Of a DNA stretch of 64,000 nucleotides, positions 55,021 through 64,000 are shown in pieces; position 1 is the first letter of the stretch; each line of letters starts with the position of its first letter. The notes under the pieces are model-generated. The model did not search any database, was not told the origin of the DNA, and saw only the letters and a program-made list of their open reading frames with translations. The DNA is from an uncultured archaeon. GTDB taxonomy: Archaea; Aenigmatarchaeota; Aenigmatarchaeia; Aenigmatarchaeales; JAHLMS01. A program made the position numbers and the translations under genes. Where the stretch lies: positions 5,185-69,184 of the forward strand of contig CAYGWB010000002.1 in the NCBI GenBank assembly GCA_964353775.1, given 5' to 3'.

Positions 55021-55033
55021 TATAATTCTCTCT

Positions 55034-55201
55034 TCAGAGCATCCTTTTCAGTTCTTCGATCTCTTTGTCAAGGTAAAGGGCCTCGCGATTGTATCGAAAC
55101 AATGGCGGAAAAAGAAACGAGAAAGGCTTGCTATATACTGCCATTTCTTCACGCCTTTTTTCTAAAGTTTCGACCCTCTTCCGAATATCGTCATTGCTCA
55201 T
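55034..55201 (-). CDS. small hypothetical coiled-coil ORF (55 aa)
   Basis: ATG-initiated ORF convergent on the precursor gene; charged helical sequence; weak. Confidence 0.25.
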   Translation of the reverse strand: MSNDDIRKRVETLEKRREEMAVYSKPFSFLFPPLFRYNREALYLDKEIEELKRML

Positions 55202-55264
55202 ATTGAAATATTAGAACTGAAGCTTTAAGTGTCTTTTGGTTGAATCGTCCGGGAATCGAGGAAC

Positions 55265-55756
55265 TTAGCGTCCGAGCATGTCGTAGACACCCTTGTAGCC
55301 CTTGAGGGCTAGTTCGCTGGTGTCTTTGACCAGCTCGATTGTCACGGAGCCGGCATCATAGAGCTCGTTAACCTTTGCGGTGAAGTTGGCTGCTTCGTAC
55401 AGCTCCTTGAATGTGTCCGAGCTCATTGCCATTTTTATGTCAGGTTCCGCTGTCTGGCCTAGCTCCGTTGTCGGAACGTTGTTGATCGTCCTTACCGTAA
55501 AGAAGATGTTCGAGTCCGTAAGAAAGACCAGGAAGACCGGCGGGTTGCCTGACATGTCAGGGTGCAACATGTATGCGCCCAGTTCGTTGGACAGCCAGTT
55601 AACGTTCGCCGTTTCTATGTTCTCGCCGAGCGCAGGCTTTGCTATGTCCGGCTTCGTGACAAATGCCGGCGAGATTATCGTGAAGTAGAAGAGGACGACT
55701 GCGATGACGGCTATCGCTATTATCGCCAACGCGATGTGCTTGGTCTTCATAGCCAA
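55265..55756 (-). CDS. membrane-anchored/secreted hypothetical protein
   Basis: N-terminal TM helix (IALAIIAIAVIAVVLFYF). Confidence 0.45.
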   Translation of the reverse strand: MAMKTKHIALAIIAIAVIAVVLFYFTIISPAFVTKPDIAKPALGENIETANVNWLSNELGAYMLHPDMSGNPPVFLVFLTDSNIFFTVRTINNVPTTELGQTAEPDIKMAMSSDTFKELYEAANFTAKVNELYDAGSVTIELVKDTSELALKGYKGVYDMLGR

Positions 55757-55828
55757 GATATGCGTTAGCTATTATAAAAAAGTGCGGTTTATTGACGGAT
55801 TTAAAACCTTTTCTATCAAAGTCTTATT

Positions 55829-56830
55829 ATGGCGTCTGACGTAATGTACATGCCGGCCTCCGAGGAAGCAGAGACAATATTCTGGCCGCGCAAGGTCATA
55901 ACAATAGATGCGGGCGCGTTTTATTCCAACCTGTATGACGGATATGCGATCACGCCTGAACTGGAAGATTATCTGAACGATATACGCATACCGCATCCCA
56001 ACGACAGACACCGGGATTTAACTCAGTACGCACGTCTGGCCGAACGCAATGGGGCGTTAAAGGGTGATTGGGGACCGAACGTCATAGACAGAGTAATGAT
56101 CCCTTACTTTACTAACCAGGACGGGATTGTTTTGGACGTGAGGGGCGTGACAACGTGGAAGCTCGCCACCCTTGCACGACCGGAGCACAACAAAATATCA
56201 AAACAGCTAATAGAGAGCAGGGACAAGGGCGATTACTACAGCCTTGTCGATCACACCGTAGGCGTATATGCGATCGTTCTGACAAGCGACGACAGGCTCG
56301 TTTACGGGGTGAAGGGCAAAGGAAAGCAGTTCGGCGGACCCGGCGAGCATACGCTGGTCGCCGGAATGGGCGACCGCGGCACGATGTCCAACATGGCCCT
56401 GCACGAGATAAAGGACGAACTTGGTCTTACGGAAGACGACTTCCACTTCCTGAACCACGAGAAAAGACCGGTGGGCTGGAAAGAATACGCCGGTGGATCG
56501 GATGACAAGGAATCGAAGAAGTGGAAGATGCTGATGGCGAACAACATACCTCCGTTCATGGTATTCGACAAACCGATGAGCAACAACCCGATGGCCGTTT
56601 TCATAGCCCGAACTGAGCTCAGCTGGATGAAGCTGGAGCTGGAACTGAAAAAGAGGCGCGATAAAAGCAACCCGGACGGCGCAGTTGACGCATGGGAGCA
56701 CGAGTACTTGTCGTCGATCGAAGCGACGCCTGAAAATATCCGCGAGGCCGTCAAGGAAAACTGGCCTAAGTCCCAGGCAAAGGTTCTCGGTATTTTTGCA
56801 GACTATATCGAAGGCAAGAAGCTGTCTTAA
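55829..56830 (+). CDS. hypothetical protein
   Basis: ORF only. Confidence 0.45.
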   Translation: MASDVMYMPASEEAETIFWPRKVITIDAGAFYSNLYDGYAITPELEDYLNDIRIPHPNDRHRDLTQYARLAERNGALKGDWGPNVIDRVMIPYFTNQDGIVLDVRGVTTWKLATLARPEHNKISKQLIESRDKGDYYSLVDHTVGVYAIVLTSDDRLVYGVKGKGKQFGGPGEHTLVAGMGDRGTMSNMALHEIKDELGLTEDDFHFLNHEKRPVGWKEYAGGSDDKESKKWKMLMANNIPPFMVFDKPMSNNPMAVFIARTELSWMKLELELKKRRDKSNPDGAVDAWEHEYLSSIEATPENIREAVKENWPKSQAKVLGIFADYIEGKKLS

Positions 56831-56884
56831 CTTTTTTCTGAGCTGAAGCGTAAAAATATAAGCGGGCTAAGCGAATCAATCGGC

Positions 56885-57361
56885 ATGCGGAAGTCTAAGA
56901 TCAACTGGTTCAAGCTGATAATTTCTATCGCGATATGCCAGATGGCCGGCGTGGTCGGGTCGCTGGCTACGATGCCGTCGATCGGCACGTGGTATGCGAC
57001 GCTTGCGAAGCCGTGGTGGACCCCGCCGAACTGGCTGTTCGGACCGGTATGGATAACGCTGTTCACGCTGATGGGCATATCGCTCTATCTGGTCTGGTTC
57101 GAGGCCGGGCGGAAGAAGGAGCTCCCGTTCTTTCCTTTACAGCTCGGGCTCAACATCATGTGGTCGTACATGTTCTTCGGCCTGCACAGGCCGGACGCGG
57201 CGTTCAAGGTGATAATCTTCCTCTGGCTGGCGATACTCGGGAACATATACGTGTTCTACAAAGTGGACAAACGGGCCGGGTATTTACTGGTTCCGTATAT
57301 CGTCTGGGTCACGATAGCGGCTGCCCTGAACTATTCGGTGTGGATGCTGAACCTGGTTTGA
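56885..57361 (+). CDS. tspO: TspO/MBR family tryptophan-rich sensory protein
   Basis: Five-TM, Trp-rich (WYATLAKPWWTPPNWLFGPVW). Confidence 0.8.
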   Translation: MRKSKINWFKLIISIAICQMAGVVGSLATMPSIGTWYATLAKPWWTPPNWLFGPVWITLFTLMGISLYLVWFEAGRKKELPFFPLQLGLNIMWSYMFFGLHRPDAAFKVIIFLWLAILGNIYVFYKVDKRAGYLLVPYIVWVTIAAALNYSVWMLNLV

Positions 57362-57387
57362 AACTTTGACAAATTTCATCTGTCTGG

Positions 57388-58215
57388 TCAAATTTCTTTA
57401 AAAAGATAAGAATCGCAGATAACATCGGCAAGTTGATCAAATGTTATTTGCCGCATTGCATATTTGTTAAAAGCCTTCAGATCATTATTTCTCATGTTTA
57501 CCAGGTTTAAAGTTTCTATTTCTGTTAAACATAGGTCCTTTTCGCCGGTATCCATGTCGTCACAAACAATATCTGTATGTTTCATGGCAATTTTCCAGCA
57601 AGAATAGTCAGCTATTTTTTCGTCAAATAACGTTTCATACTTAACATCATACCGTTCTTTCAAGGGTTCGATAGCATCCAGATGTGCAATACCCATCTGA
57701 ACAACAGAATAGGCATAATTGTTTTTGACTATTTCCTCATCAATACGCTTTGCCATAAGAGTACTTCTTTCCCTTGCACAATCGTAGCTCTTCTTATAAA
57801 ATACTAGCAACGCGTCTACTTCTTTTCTGATAGCATTCATGTCGTTCTTCTCGACTCCATACTTCATCAGAACCTTATGAGTTAATAGTGAGAATGCTGT
57901 GCTTTCGCTTTTTCTATTCAGTTCTAACTGTTCGGCTACTTTTTTATCGTCATCTATAAAAATAACATCCAGACCCTTTTTCTTTGCGTTGCAATAACTG
58001 GTTTTGAAGAAACTTGGTATGTTCTCTTTGGTAGTATCGTCGTTATATACCAAACCGAGTTTTACACCGCGTTTTGCCAAGTCATTTTCGGTTCTCGCGA
58101 AATCAGGGTTTAATTCCAAGAAGTAAGCATCATACTTGTTTCTGATAATATCAAGCGCCACAATATTATCAAGAGCAGCCGAATGCGGTATAGCAAAAAT
58201 ATTTACTTCTGCCAT
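57388..58215 (-). CDS. hypothetical protein (low-GC island)
   Basis: ORF only; AT-rich codon usage. Confidence 0.4.
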   Translation of the reverse strand: MAEVNIFAIPHSAALDNIVALDIIRNKYDAYFLELNPDFARTENDLAKRGVKLGLVYNDDTTKENIPSFFKTSYCNAKKKGLDVIFIDDDKKVAEQLELNRKSESTAFSLLTHKVLMKYGVEKNDMNAIRKEVDALLVFYKKSYDCARERSTLMAKRIDEEIVKNNYAYSVVQMGIAHLDAIEPLKERYDVKYETLFDEKIADYSCWKIAMKHTDIVCDDMDTGEKDLCLTEIETLNLVNMRNNDLKAFNKYAMRQITFDQLADVICDSYLFKEI

Positions 58216-58290
58216 ATTTTTATTTGGGCAATAATCTTTAAATATACCTCTAAAAAGTGATAAACCTAGTGTGGATGCTGAACGTTTAGT

Positions 58291-59640
58291 TCATGTATGA
58301 TATTTTTTCATGCGAAAGGGTAGACCAGGTAAAGAAATTATCTCTAACGCATCGCCTTTCATCCTTTTCCATTCGCTGTCTATGTGCTGAAAGTGTTCCT
58401 TGTTTATATATTCGACATCAAGCCTGAACTCTTTCATCTGCTCATCATAGGCTTCCTGGTTCTTGATGTGAGTCTCGTAATAAGTGACCTCATCCGTTTT
58501 AGAATCGCGCACCTTTCCGTGGGAGGCAAAAGCATAGCCGGGTTCTAACTCGTGCTTCGCTTCAAGGTTCTTTCGCCTCAACAGATAGTATTTGATATCA
58601 CCGAGCAGGTTTACCCAGTCGGTCCAGCAGTTGTAGTCATCGTCGCTGCGCATCCAAAGCTTGTTCTCCGGCTCCTTCAGGTATTCGCCCTTCTCGTAAT
58701 CCCAGACTCCGACATATTCCGCCTCCAACACCTCGCATAACATGTCGGCCGTCCTCACGCCACGGTCGGTCCAGAGGCCTCGCATCTGCCTGGGTAGATA
58801 TGGGGGGAAAGGTCCGAGGAATTCCCGATCATCCCTGATCATCTGGTCCGTGACCAGTGTCTCGTACCTTATACTTCCTTCGGATTCATCTATCTTTACA
58901 AGCAAGTTGTCCGGGTTCGGATCCGTCAGTGTCACCATCACGGGCGTCCTGGAGCCGCATATGTCATAGATGCAGCTCTTGTACTTGTCCAATATTTCGG
59001 CGAGCCTGTCAACCTCTTTCGGCGGCGGCAGGAAGTCCCTCGACCAGACCATTTCCGGATGCGTTTCCTCGTAGCCCGGATAGAACGACCTTATCTGTTT
59101 GATGTATCTTTCGCATTTTGCAACCTGGGTAACCAGGAAGTCCCTGGCGATACCCTCCCTCTCTTCATTGGTATTCAGCATTATGTTGAGTATGTTCTTT
59201 TTATGCGCCTTGAGTTCTGGATGCCTGGCCTGGTAGGTCTCTATGGGCCTGCGGACCCCGAAAAAATCGAGGACCAGCGCGTTGTAGAGTTCCTCTTGTT
59301 CTGGTGTGGCGCTCTTGAAGAGCTTGAGCCAGTCGTGGTCTATGTATTCGTGCATGGTCCAAAAACTGTATACCCTTTCCACCTTGTACTTCATCTTCTT
59401 GTCGCCTTTGGAGACCGTGACGTCGTAGAATTCCTGGCCGGCCCTGTCCATCCTGCGTCTGTTCCACATTTCCATGTCCAGCTCCACCATGATCGAGCTC
59501 TTATCGGAAGTTATTTCGCACTGTTTGTTGTTCTCGTTGACGGTGTTGTTCATGATGAGCGAGATTGCACAGTCGCACAGATCCGACCACTCGCCTAAGG
59601 AGCCTTCCTTCACATACCAGTTTTTCGTTGCTTTTGACAT
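58291..59640 (-). CDS. hypothetical protein (low-GC island)
   Basis: ORF only. Confidence 0.4.
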   Translation of the reverse strand: MSKATKNWYVKEGSLGEWSDLCDCAISLIMNNTVNENNKQCEITSDKSSIMVELDMEMWNRRRMDRAGQEFYDVTVSKGDKKMKYKVERVYSFWTMHEYIDHDWLKLFKSATPEQEELYNALVLDFFGVRRPIETYQARHPELKAHKKNILNIMLNTNEEREGIARDFLVTQVAKCERYIKQIRSFYPGYEETHPEMVWSRDFLPPPKEVDRLAEILDKYKSCIYDICGSRTPVMVTLTDPNPDNLLVKIDESEGSIRYETLVTDQMIRDDREFLGPFPPYLPRQMRGLWTDRGVRTADMLCEVLEAEYVGVWDYEKGEYLKEPENKLWMRSDDDYNCWTDWVNLLGDIKYYLLRRKNLEAKHELEPGYAFASHGKVRDSKTDEVTYYETHIKNQEAYDEQMKEFRLDVEYINKEHFQHIDSEWKRMKGDALEIISLPGLPFRMKKYHT

Positions 59641-59689
59641 AACAATAAAGAAAAATTGAACAACAAACTTTATATCCTTGAATATAGCT

Positions 59690-59945
59690 ACCGCTAAAGA
59701 AGTCAGTAAATCTTTTCAGAATTTACTAGAAGCTTCTCTTTTTTGCGAAACAATCTCTGCAAAAGACGGGTCTATCTCCGGATGGCTTGAAAGGAACTTC
59801 GCATTCCTGCTTGCATTCTGCACAGACAGCCTTATGCATTTCCCTGGGTCCACGGTCAAAGCTTCTGCCGCCGCCGAAACGTCTTTCTCCGAATGGCATA
59901 TTTTTTTCCTCCTGCTTTTAGTTGCTTCATAATGTTTATAAAGGC
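59690..59945. repeat. repeat copy B homologous to 44153-44425
   Basis: Same as copy A. Confidence 0.7.
59726..59899 (-). CDS. small zinc-ribbon protein, copy B (57 aa; not in ORF track)
   Basis: MPFGERRFGGGRSFDRGPREMHKAVCAECKQECEVPFKPSGDRPVFCRDCFAKKRSF, about 84% identical to copy A; SD GGAGG and TATA-like TTTATAAAC conserved. Confidence 0.65.
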   Translation of the reverse strand: MPFGERRFGGGRSFDRGPREMHKAVCAECKQECEVPFKPSGDRPVFCRDCFAKKRSF

Positions 59946-60430
59946 GTTTGATGGGGGCGTATTTTCACGGCCTTCAGTGGTGAATTTTCTGATATTTGTG
60001 TCCGATCGCTGCCGCGCTTAACTATAGCATGTGTATGCTGAACCTTTGATTCGGTCGTACCGCTGAAAATACGATAGTTTTCACTCTACTTGGCGGGTTA
60101 AACAGTTAAGTATAAATGCTTGAAAAAACCAGTTTGGAGCATGAGAAAATTAGATACAGAAGAGATGCCGCCAATCGGTTCTATCTCTCTGGGCCAACGA
60201 GCACTGCCGGAGAACCGCGCCGCTGACTATGCGCCTTTCGGGGCGAACGGTTATCGCGTAGTTCCCAACGAGTTCGAAGGTTCGGATAGAAATACCGTAG
60301 TGGTTGCATACTACAAGTTCCCAGAGTAGATCCCTTTCTGCGCCGTTATTTTAACAGCGCTTTCTTAGCAGCGCGAGCAATCTACGGTTTTCGCCGTGCT
60401 TAAATTCTTTTGTAATCATTATTTTTAATA

Positions 60431-61669
60431 ATGACAGCTTTTAGCAAGGAGTTCATAAGAAAGGCCGATGAGGAGGCCGAAAGGATAATTCGGGAATACG
60501 AAGAGGGGGAACGACGATATCAAGAAACCGCCCGGAGACGCCAGAACCTGAGCAGCAACGACGTCCTCAGCGTCGGTTATTGCCTAGGCAGGTATCTTGG
60601 CGAACATAAGAACTGGCTTGGCAACTCGCCTTATTGCTATGAGATGAGGAAGGACAATGAGAAGCTCAAAGTGACGTACAGGAACTTTCCTGAGGTAGGT
60701 TACAACCTGTTCATCCAACTCTTTCAAAGAAACCGGCAGGAATGGATTGAAGTTTCCACCCGCACATTTGGCAGTCCGGTCGCGTATCTGAGCGAGGCCG
60801 GAAACCCGGACAATATGGAAGGCCGGTTGATAGACGTCTTCATACTGAAGAACTTCAACGAAATCAAGGACAGAATATGCAAGAACGCCGATTATGTCTA
60901 TAACACCTTCTTGATACCCAAATATTTTGATCGCTTGAAAGAGGTGGGAAAGCTAGACCCTTCAACGATTCCACTTACGGCAGGAGAAGTGAAGGAGCTG
61001 GATAGGCGGCTTGGTGTCATATATTCGAGCGACAAGCTGTTGGGAATAAAGAACGATCTGGCGAGAAAGCTGATACAAAAGCTCGAGAAAAGAGGCTCGG
61101 CGAGGCAAAAATGCAAAAGAGGGATGACGACATCTGACCTCGGAAGCATAGGGCATTCCAGACTTTCCGAAAAGGACGCAGAAGAAAGCGACAGCATAGC
61201 CGGCTTCAGGAAGGACCTTCCTCATGGCACAAGATCCATATGGGAAGCAAATTATGCGAGGGCTCTCATTTATGACGGAATAGACTACCGGTATGAGCCA
61301 GAGTCCTTCGAACTTGATGTGTCTGGAGAGTCTAGAAATCTGTTCAAAAAGGATAAAATAACTTATGTTCCGGACTTCATGATCAGGGATACGAATCATT
61401 TCGTCGAAGTGAAGGGGTTTGAAAACGCGATTTCGACCGCAAAAATTGCTCTGCTGCGGTCCCAATTTCCGGAAATAGATGTCAGGGTAGTCGGGCGGGC
61501 AGAATATGACGAACTGACCAAGCAGTACGAAGATACTATAAACAATGATACGAGATTCTGCGGATGGGAAAATGGTAACAGAACGACGGGAAACAATCTG
61601 TTCACAAACACTGAAAAGTTCAGAAAGATACAGGAAGAAAAAGGGAAAGGCCGGTGCCTTGATGAGTAG
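60431..61669 (+). CDS. hypothetical protein with C-terminal PD-(D/E)xK nuclease-like motif
   Basis: C-terminal ...YVPDFMIRDTNHFVEVKGF... (D ... E-V-K) restriction-endonuclease-like core. Confidence 0.4.
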   Translation: MTAFSKEFIRKADEEAERIIREYEEGERRYQETARRRQNLSSNDVLSVGYCLGRYLGEHKNWLGNSPYCYEMRKDNEKLKVTYRNFPEVGYNLFIQLFQRNRQEWIEVSTRTFGSPVAYLSEAGNPDNMEGRLIDVFILKNFNEIKDRICKNADYVYNTFLIPKYFDRLKEVGKLDPSTIPLTAGEVKELDRRLGVIYSSDKLLGIKNDLARKLIQKLEKRGSARQKCKRGMTTSDLGSIGHSRLSEKDAEESDSIAGFRKDLPHGTRSIWEANYARALIYDGIDYRYEPESFELDVSGESRNLFKKDKITYVPDFMIRDTNHFVEVKGFENAISTAKIALLRSQFPEIDVRVVGRAEYDELTKQYEDTINNDTRFCGWENGNRTTGNNLFTNTEKFRKIQEEKGKGRCLDE

Positions 61670-61780
61670 CAGTTTTATCTCTTACTTACGTCATTCTTAG
61701 CGTATGCTCGACTTCGACAACATGATAGCCAAGCACCTGGAGCAGGAGCCGCATCCGAAGGGCGTCGGGCGGTAATAATT

Positions 61781-62287
61781 ATGAGTTCAGGACAAGCACG
61801 GTATTCGATAAGTAGCGCGAGGCGGCAGAAACGGGTAGAATACACTAAACTCTTCATGACATTCAGCTATAAAGATCCAACACGCATAGCGGTCTTTTTC
61901 GGCGTCAGTACGTCGACTGCTGAACAGTATATGCGAGAAGCAAGATATATTGAAATACCTGATGATTTAAAACAGAAAATTAGTCAGAAAATGAAAGAAA
62001 ATAAAATAGATGCGTTCGAAGCAATCGCACAACATTATAATCGCGGTTGTTTTATAGCAACTGCGGCTTATGGCACTCCCTTTAGCGAGGAAATAAAAAT
62101 TTTGAAATTGTTTAGAGACAGAACACTATCGAAATTTGTTCTTGGTCAAATCTTTATTGATACTTATTATTTGTATAGTCCTAAAATAGCGAAATTTATT
62201 GCCAAGTCCGGCTTCAGAAGATGGCTCGTCAGGTTTGCACTAAATCCTGCCGTGTTCTTTATTAAGTTATTTATGTTTCCCAAATAA
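61781..62287 (+). CDS. hypothetical protein with conserved GCFIATAAYG motif
   Basis: ORF with the motif GCFIATAAYGTPFSEEI ... LFRD. Confidence 0.4.
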   Translation: MSSGQARYSISSARRQKRVEYTKLFMTFSYKDPTRIAVFFGVSTSTAEQYMREARYIEIPDDLKQKISQKMKENKIDAFEAIAQHYNRGCFIATAAYGTPFSEEIKILKLFRDRTLSKFVLGQIFIDTYYLYSPKIAKFIAKSGFRRWLVRFALNPAVFFIKLFMFPK

Positions 62288-62299
62288 AAATTCTATTTA

Positions 62300-62686
62300 T
62301 CATCTTCTGTATAAAGCTGCTGTAAGTATTAATCCAAATATTATGTAGTATATCATACACAAAATAAGATCAATTGACGCTAATTGTGGTGGATTAGAAC
62401 CAATTAGACTGATCGCAAAGTTATAAATCACGACGCCGATAAACGAAAAGGAAATTAACACTGAGATAAATAATAAAAATGAGTTAAACTTTTTCATTTT
62501 TGGTTCTTTTAAATAAATAAAATACATTACAGACATCAGAAGAAAAAACATAAAAAGCCAAATTAAGTCTTTAGGCAAATTAAACGCGGCTAAAATAGAA
62601 CCCATAATTAATAGGATTTCGATCAATTTTTCTTTTCTTGAGTCATCTAAAATAGGAATAGTTTTTCTAATTATATTCTTACACAT
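62300..62686 (-). CDS. small integral membrane protein (3-4 TM)
   Basis: Hydrophobic helices; low GC. Confidence 0.4.
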   Translation of the reverse strand: MCKNIIRKTIPILDDSRKEKLIEILLIMGSILAAFNLPKDLIWLFMFFLLMSVMYFIYLKEPKMKKFNSFLLFISVLISFSFIGVVIYNFAISLIGSNPPQLASIDLILCMIYYIIFGLILTAALYRR

Positions 62687-62698
62687 CGGTCATCACTT

Positions 62699-63337
62699 CT
62701 ATGCACATTTTTGAACAATTCTATATTTTGTTACGGTTCTGTATGCAGTCTTTGTTGGGGGTGTGACTTGATGTGTACCGCTGACCTGCTCGCCCATATC
62801 AGTATTGAAAATAGCCTCAAACGTTTCTGTTGAATGGGCGTTGATGTATGCTGTCTTTGAATCCATCAAAGTGCCATGATTGCTGGTACTGAGTGCATAA
62901 TTTACAACGAAAGAGCCTCCTGCATCATCGCCGTTTGAAACTATCACTTTGTATCTTTGAAAGAATCCTAATTGTGTATTCCAATCTTCAGTGATCGTAG
63001 AACTAATTATTGAATAGCTTAAAGGTTCTTGATACGCTTCTTGTTCGGTATACGGTTCTTGAATATTTTGACATTGCTGTCCTGGTATAACCCCACCTTG
63101 GCTGCCAGATAAACTAATTAATAATATGCCAATGATGATCACTACACCTATAGCTAAAAATGTAGCATATTTTTTCATATTCAATTGAGGTTTAGCTTCT
63201 GCTTTAGGTGATTTTACAGTTTTAATTTTTGGCTTCTTCTCAACAGTCATAATCATCTTAATTAGTTTCCCGCCACATTCCTCGCAGAAATTTTTATTTT
63301 CTGTATATTCTTTCTTACATTTCTTACAATATTTCAT
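62699..63337 (-). CDS. zinc-ribbon + single-TM protein with extracellular domain
   Basis: N-terminal CKKCKK...CEECGG zinc ribbon, TM helix, Ser/Thr-rich ectodomain. Confidence 0.45.
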   Translation of the reverse strand: MKYCKKCKKEYTENKNFCEECGGKLIKMIMTVEKKPKIKTVKSPKAEAKPQLNMKKYATFLAIGVVIIIGILLISLSGSQGGVIPGQQCQNIQEPYTEQEAYQEPLSYSIISSTITEDWNTQLGFFQRYKVIVSNGDDAGGSFVVNYALSTSNHGTLMDSKTAYINAHSTETFEAIFNTDMGEQVSGTHQVTPPTKTAYRTVTKYRIVQKCA

Positions 63338-63975
63338 ATCCTTTTACCACACTTCGGGCAAAATTTGCCCTTGGTTTTCGCTCCGCAATTATCACAGAAC
63401 TTTGTCTTCGAATCCACTTTTTTAATTACTTTATGTTTCTTGCTTTTTATCTCGGGTGGCTCAGATATTTCAACTTTGCTTATTACAGACTCTCCTACTA
63501 ATTTTCTTCTATGAAATTCAATTTGAGTTCTCCATATATCGCGATTGTCAAGATGAATAATAATTTTTGGATTTGTTCTAAAGAATTTCCAAAAACCTTT
63601 TTTTATATCAAATTCTATAACCAACTGACTTTTCTTAACACTGAGTAATCCGGAAGGTGTCTCGACCTTCTTCACGGCTTCTAACGGCAAATCCATCCAT
63701 GTCATTACCATAGCTGTAGAGCTCTTTTTGGGCTGGCCATAAAGTAAACTCTCCCAGAAACTCTGAGCTTCCTTATTCAATTTTTTCCAATCCATGATTT
63801 TTGCAATAAGAAATAATATCCTTTGATTCGTGAGATAAATTTTAGCATCAAATGAGTCTGTTCCAAAAACATTACTCCCGCCTTCTATTGTAACAAAATC
63901 AGGGGTCTCGGCAACAACTTCTTCATAATCTCTAATTTCTTTAAAAACACCTATAATTTTTGGCATACCGGTCAT
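63334..63975 (-). CDS. PH/GRAM-like domain protein with C-terminal zinc ribbon
   Basis: YLTNQRILF block of bacterial PH-like domain; C-terminal CDNCGAKTKGKFCPKCG. Confidence 0.4.
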   Translation of the reverse strand: MTGMPKIIGVFKEIRDYEEVVAETPDFVTIEGGSNVFGTDSFDAKIYLTNQRILFLIAKIMDWKKLNKEAQSFWESLLYGQPKKSSTAMVMTWMDLPLEAVKKVETPSGLLSVKKSQLVIEFDIKKGFWKFFRTNPKIIIHLDNRDIWRTQIEFHRRKLVGESVISKVEISEPPEIKSKKHKVIKKVDSKTKFCDNCGAKTKGKFCPKCGKRI

Positions 63976-64000
63976 ATAACTCTTGTATTGATGTGTCTTA

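Noticed and set aside
55101-55205. 34-aa plus-strand ORF MAEKETRKACYILPFLHAFFLKF...
   Set aside because: Antisense to the equally weak 55034-55201 ORF, with no start context; not a convincing second precursor peptide.
1-64000. CRISPR arrays, rRNA genes, IS elements or integrases
   Set aside because: No regularly spaced direct repeats, no rRNA-like conserved blocks, and no transposase or integrase-like ORFs were seen in any frame.

Overview
Archaeal chromosomal segment (archaeal-type aaRS, Top6A, archaemetzincin, EndA, Spt5/SecE, L12/P1; about 50-55% GC in core genes), unusually rich in translation and nucleotide metabolism. Six aminoacyl-tRNA synthetase genes (GlyRS, TrpRS, PheRS alpha/beta, LeuRS, AlaRS) and four tRNA genes: Phe, Trp, Gln, and one intron-containing tRNA of uncertain anticodon. 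Two tandem genes for tRNA-splicing endonuclease subunits (a catalytic and a non-catalytic one). A secE-spt5-L11 / L1-L10-L12 ribosomal block interrupted by two inserted genes. ftsZ, pyrH, two class II (B12-dependent) ribonucleotide reductases with NrdR, cob(I)alamin adenosyltransferase, ferredoxin and glutaredoxin/thioredoxins. A purB / purS-L-Q-N-M / guaA purine block. Accessory content: (i) a compact YcaO cyclodehydratase + SagB-type dehydrogenase + C39-like peptidase locus, with an unannotated 57-aa Cys/Asn/Gly-rich candidate precursor peptide directly downstream, i.e. a candidate azol(in)e RiPP (TOMM-like) system in an archaeon; (ii) an ATP-cone-Mrr nuclease fusion next to NrdR; (iii) a duplicated small zinc-ribbon gene with about 260 bp of conserved flanking sequence, the two copies 15 kb apart and bracketing the pur/RiPP region; (iv) a low-GC island from about 57.4 kb to the window end, carrying zinc-ribbon membrane proteins and a PD-(D/E)xK nuclease-domain protein. 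No CRISPR array, rRNA or transposase was seen. Many long minus- or plus-strand ORFs in the track are antisense shadows of the real genes and were not annotated.
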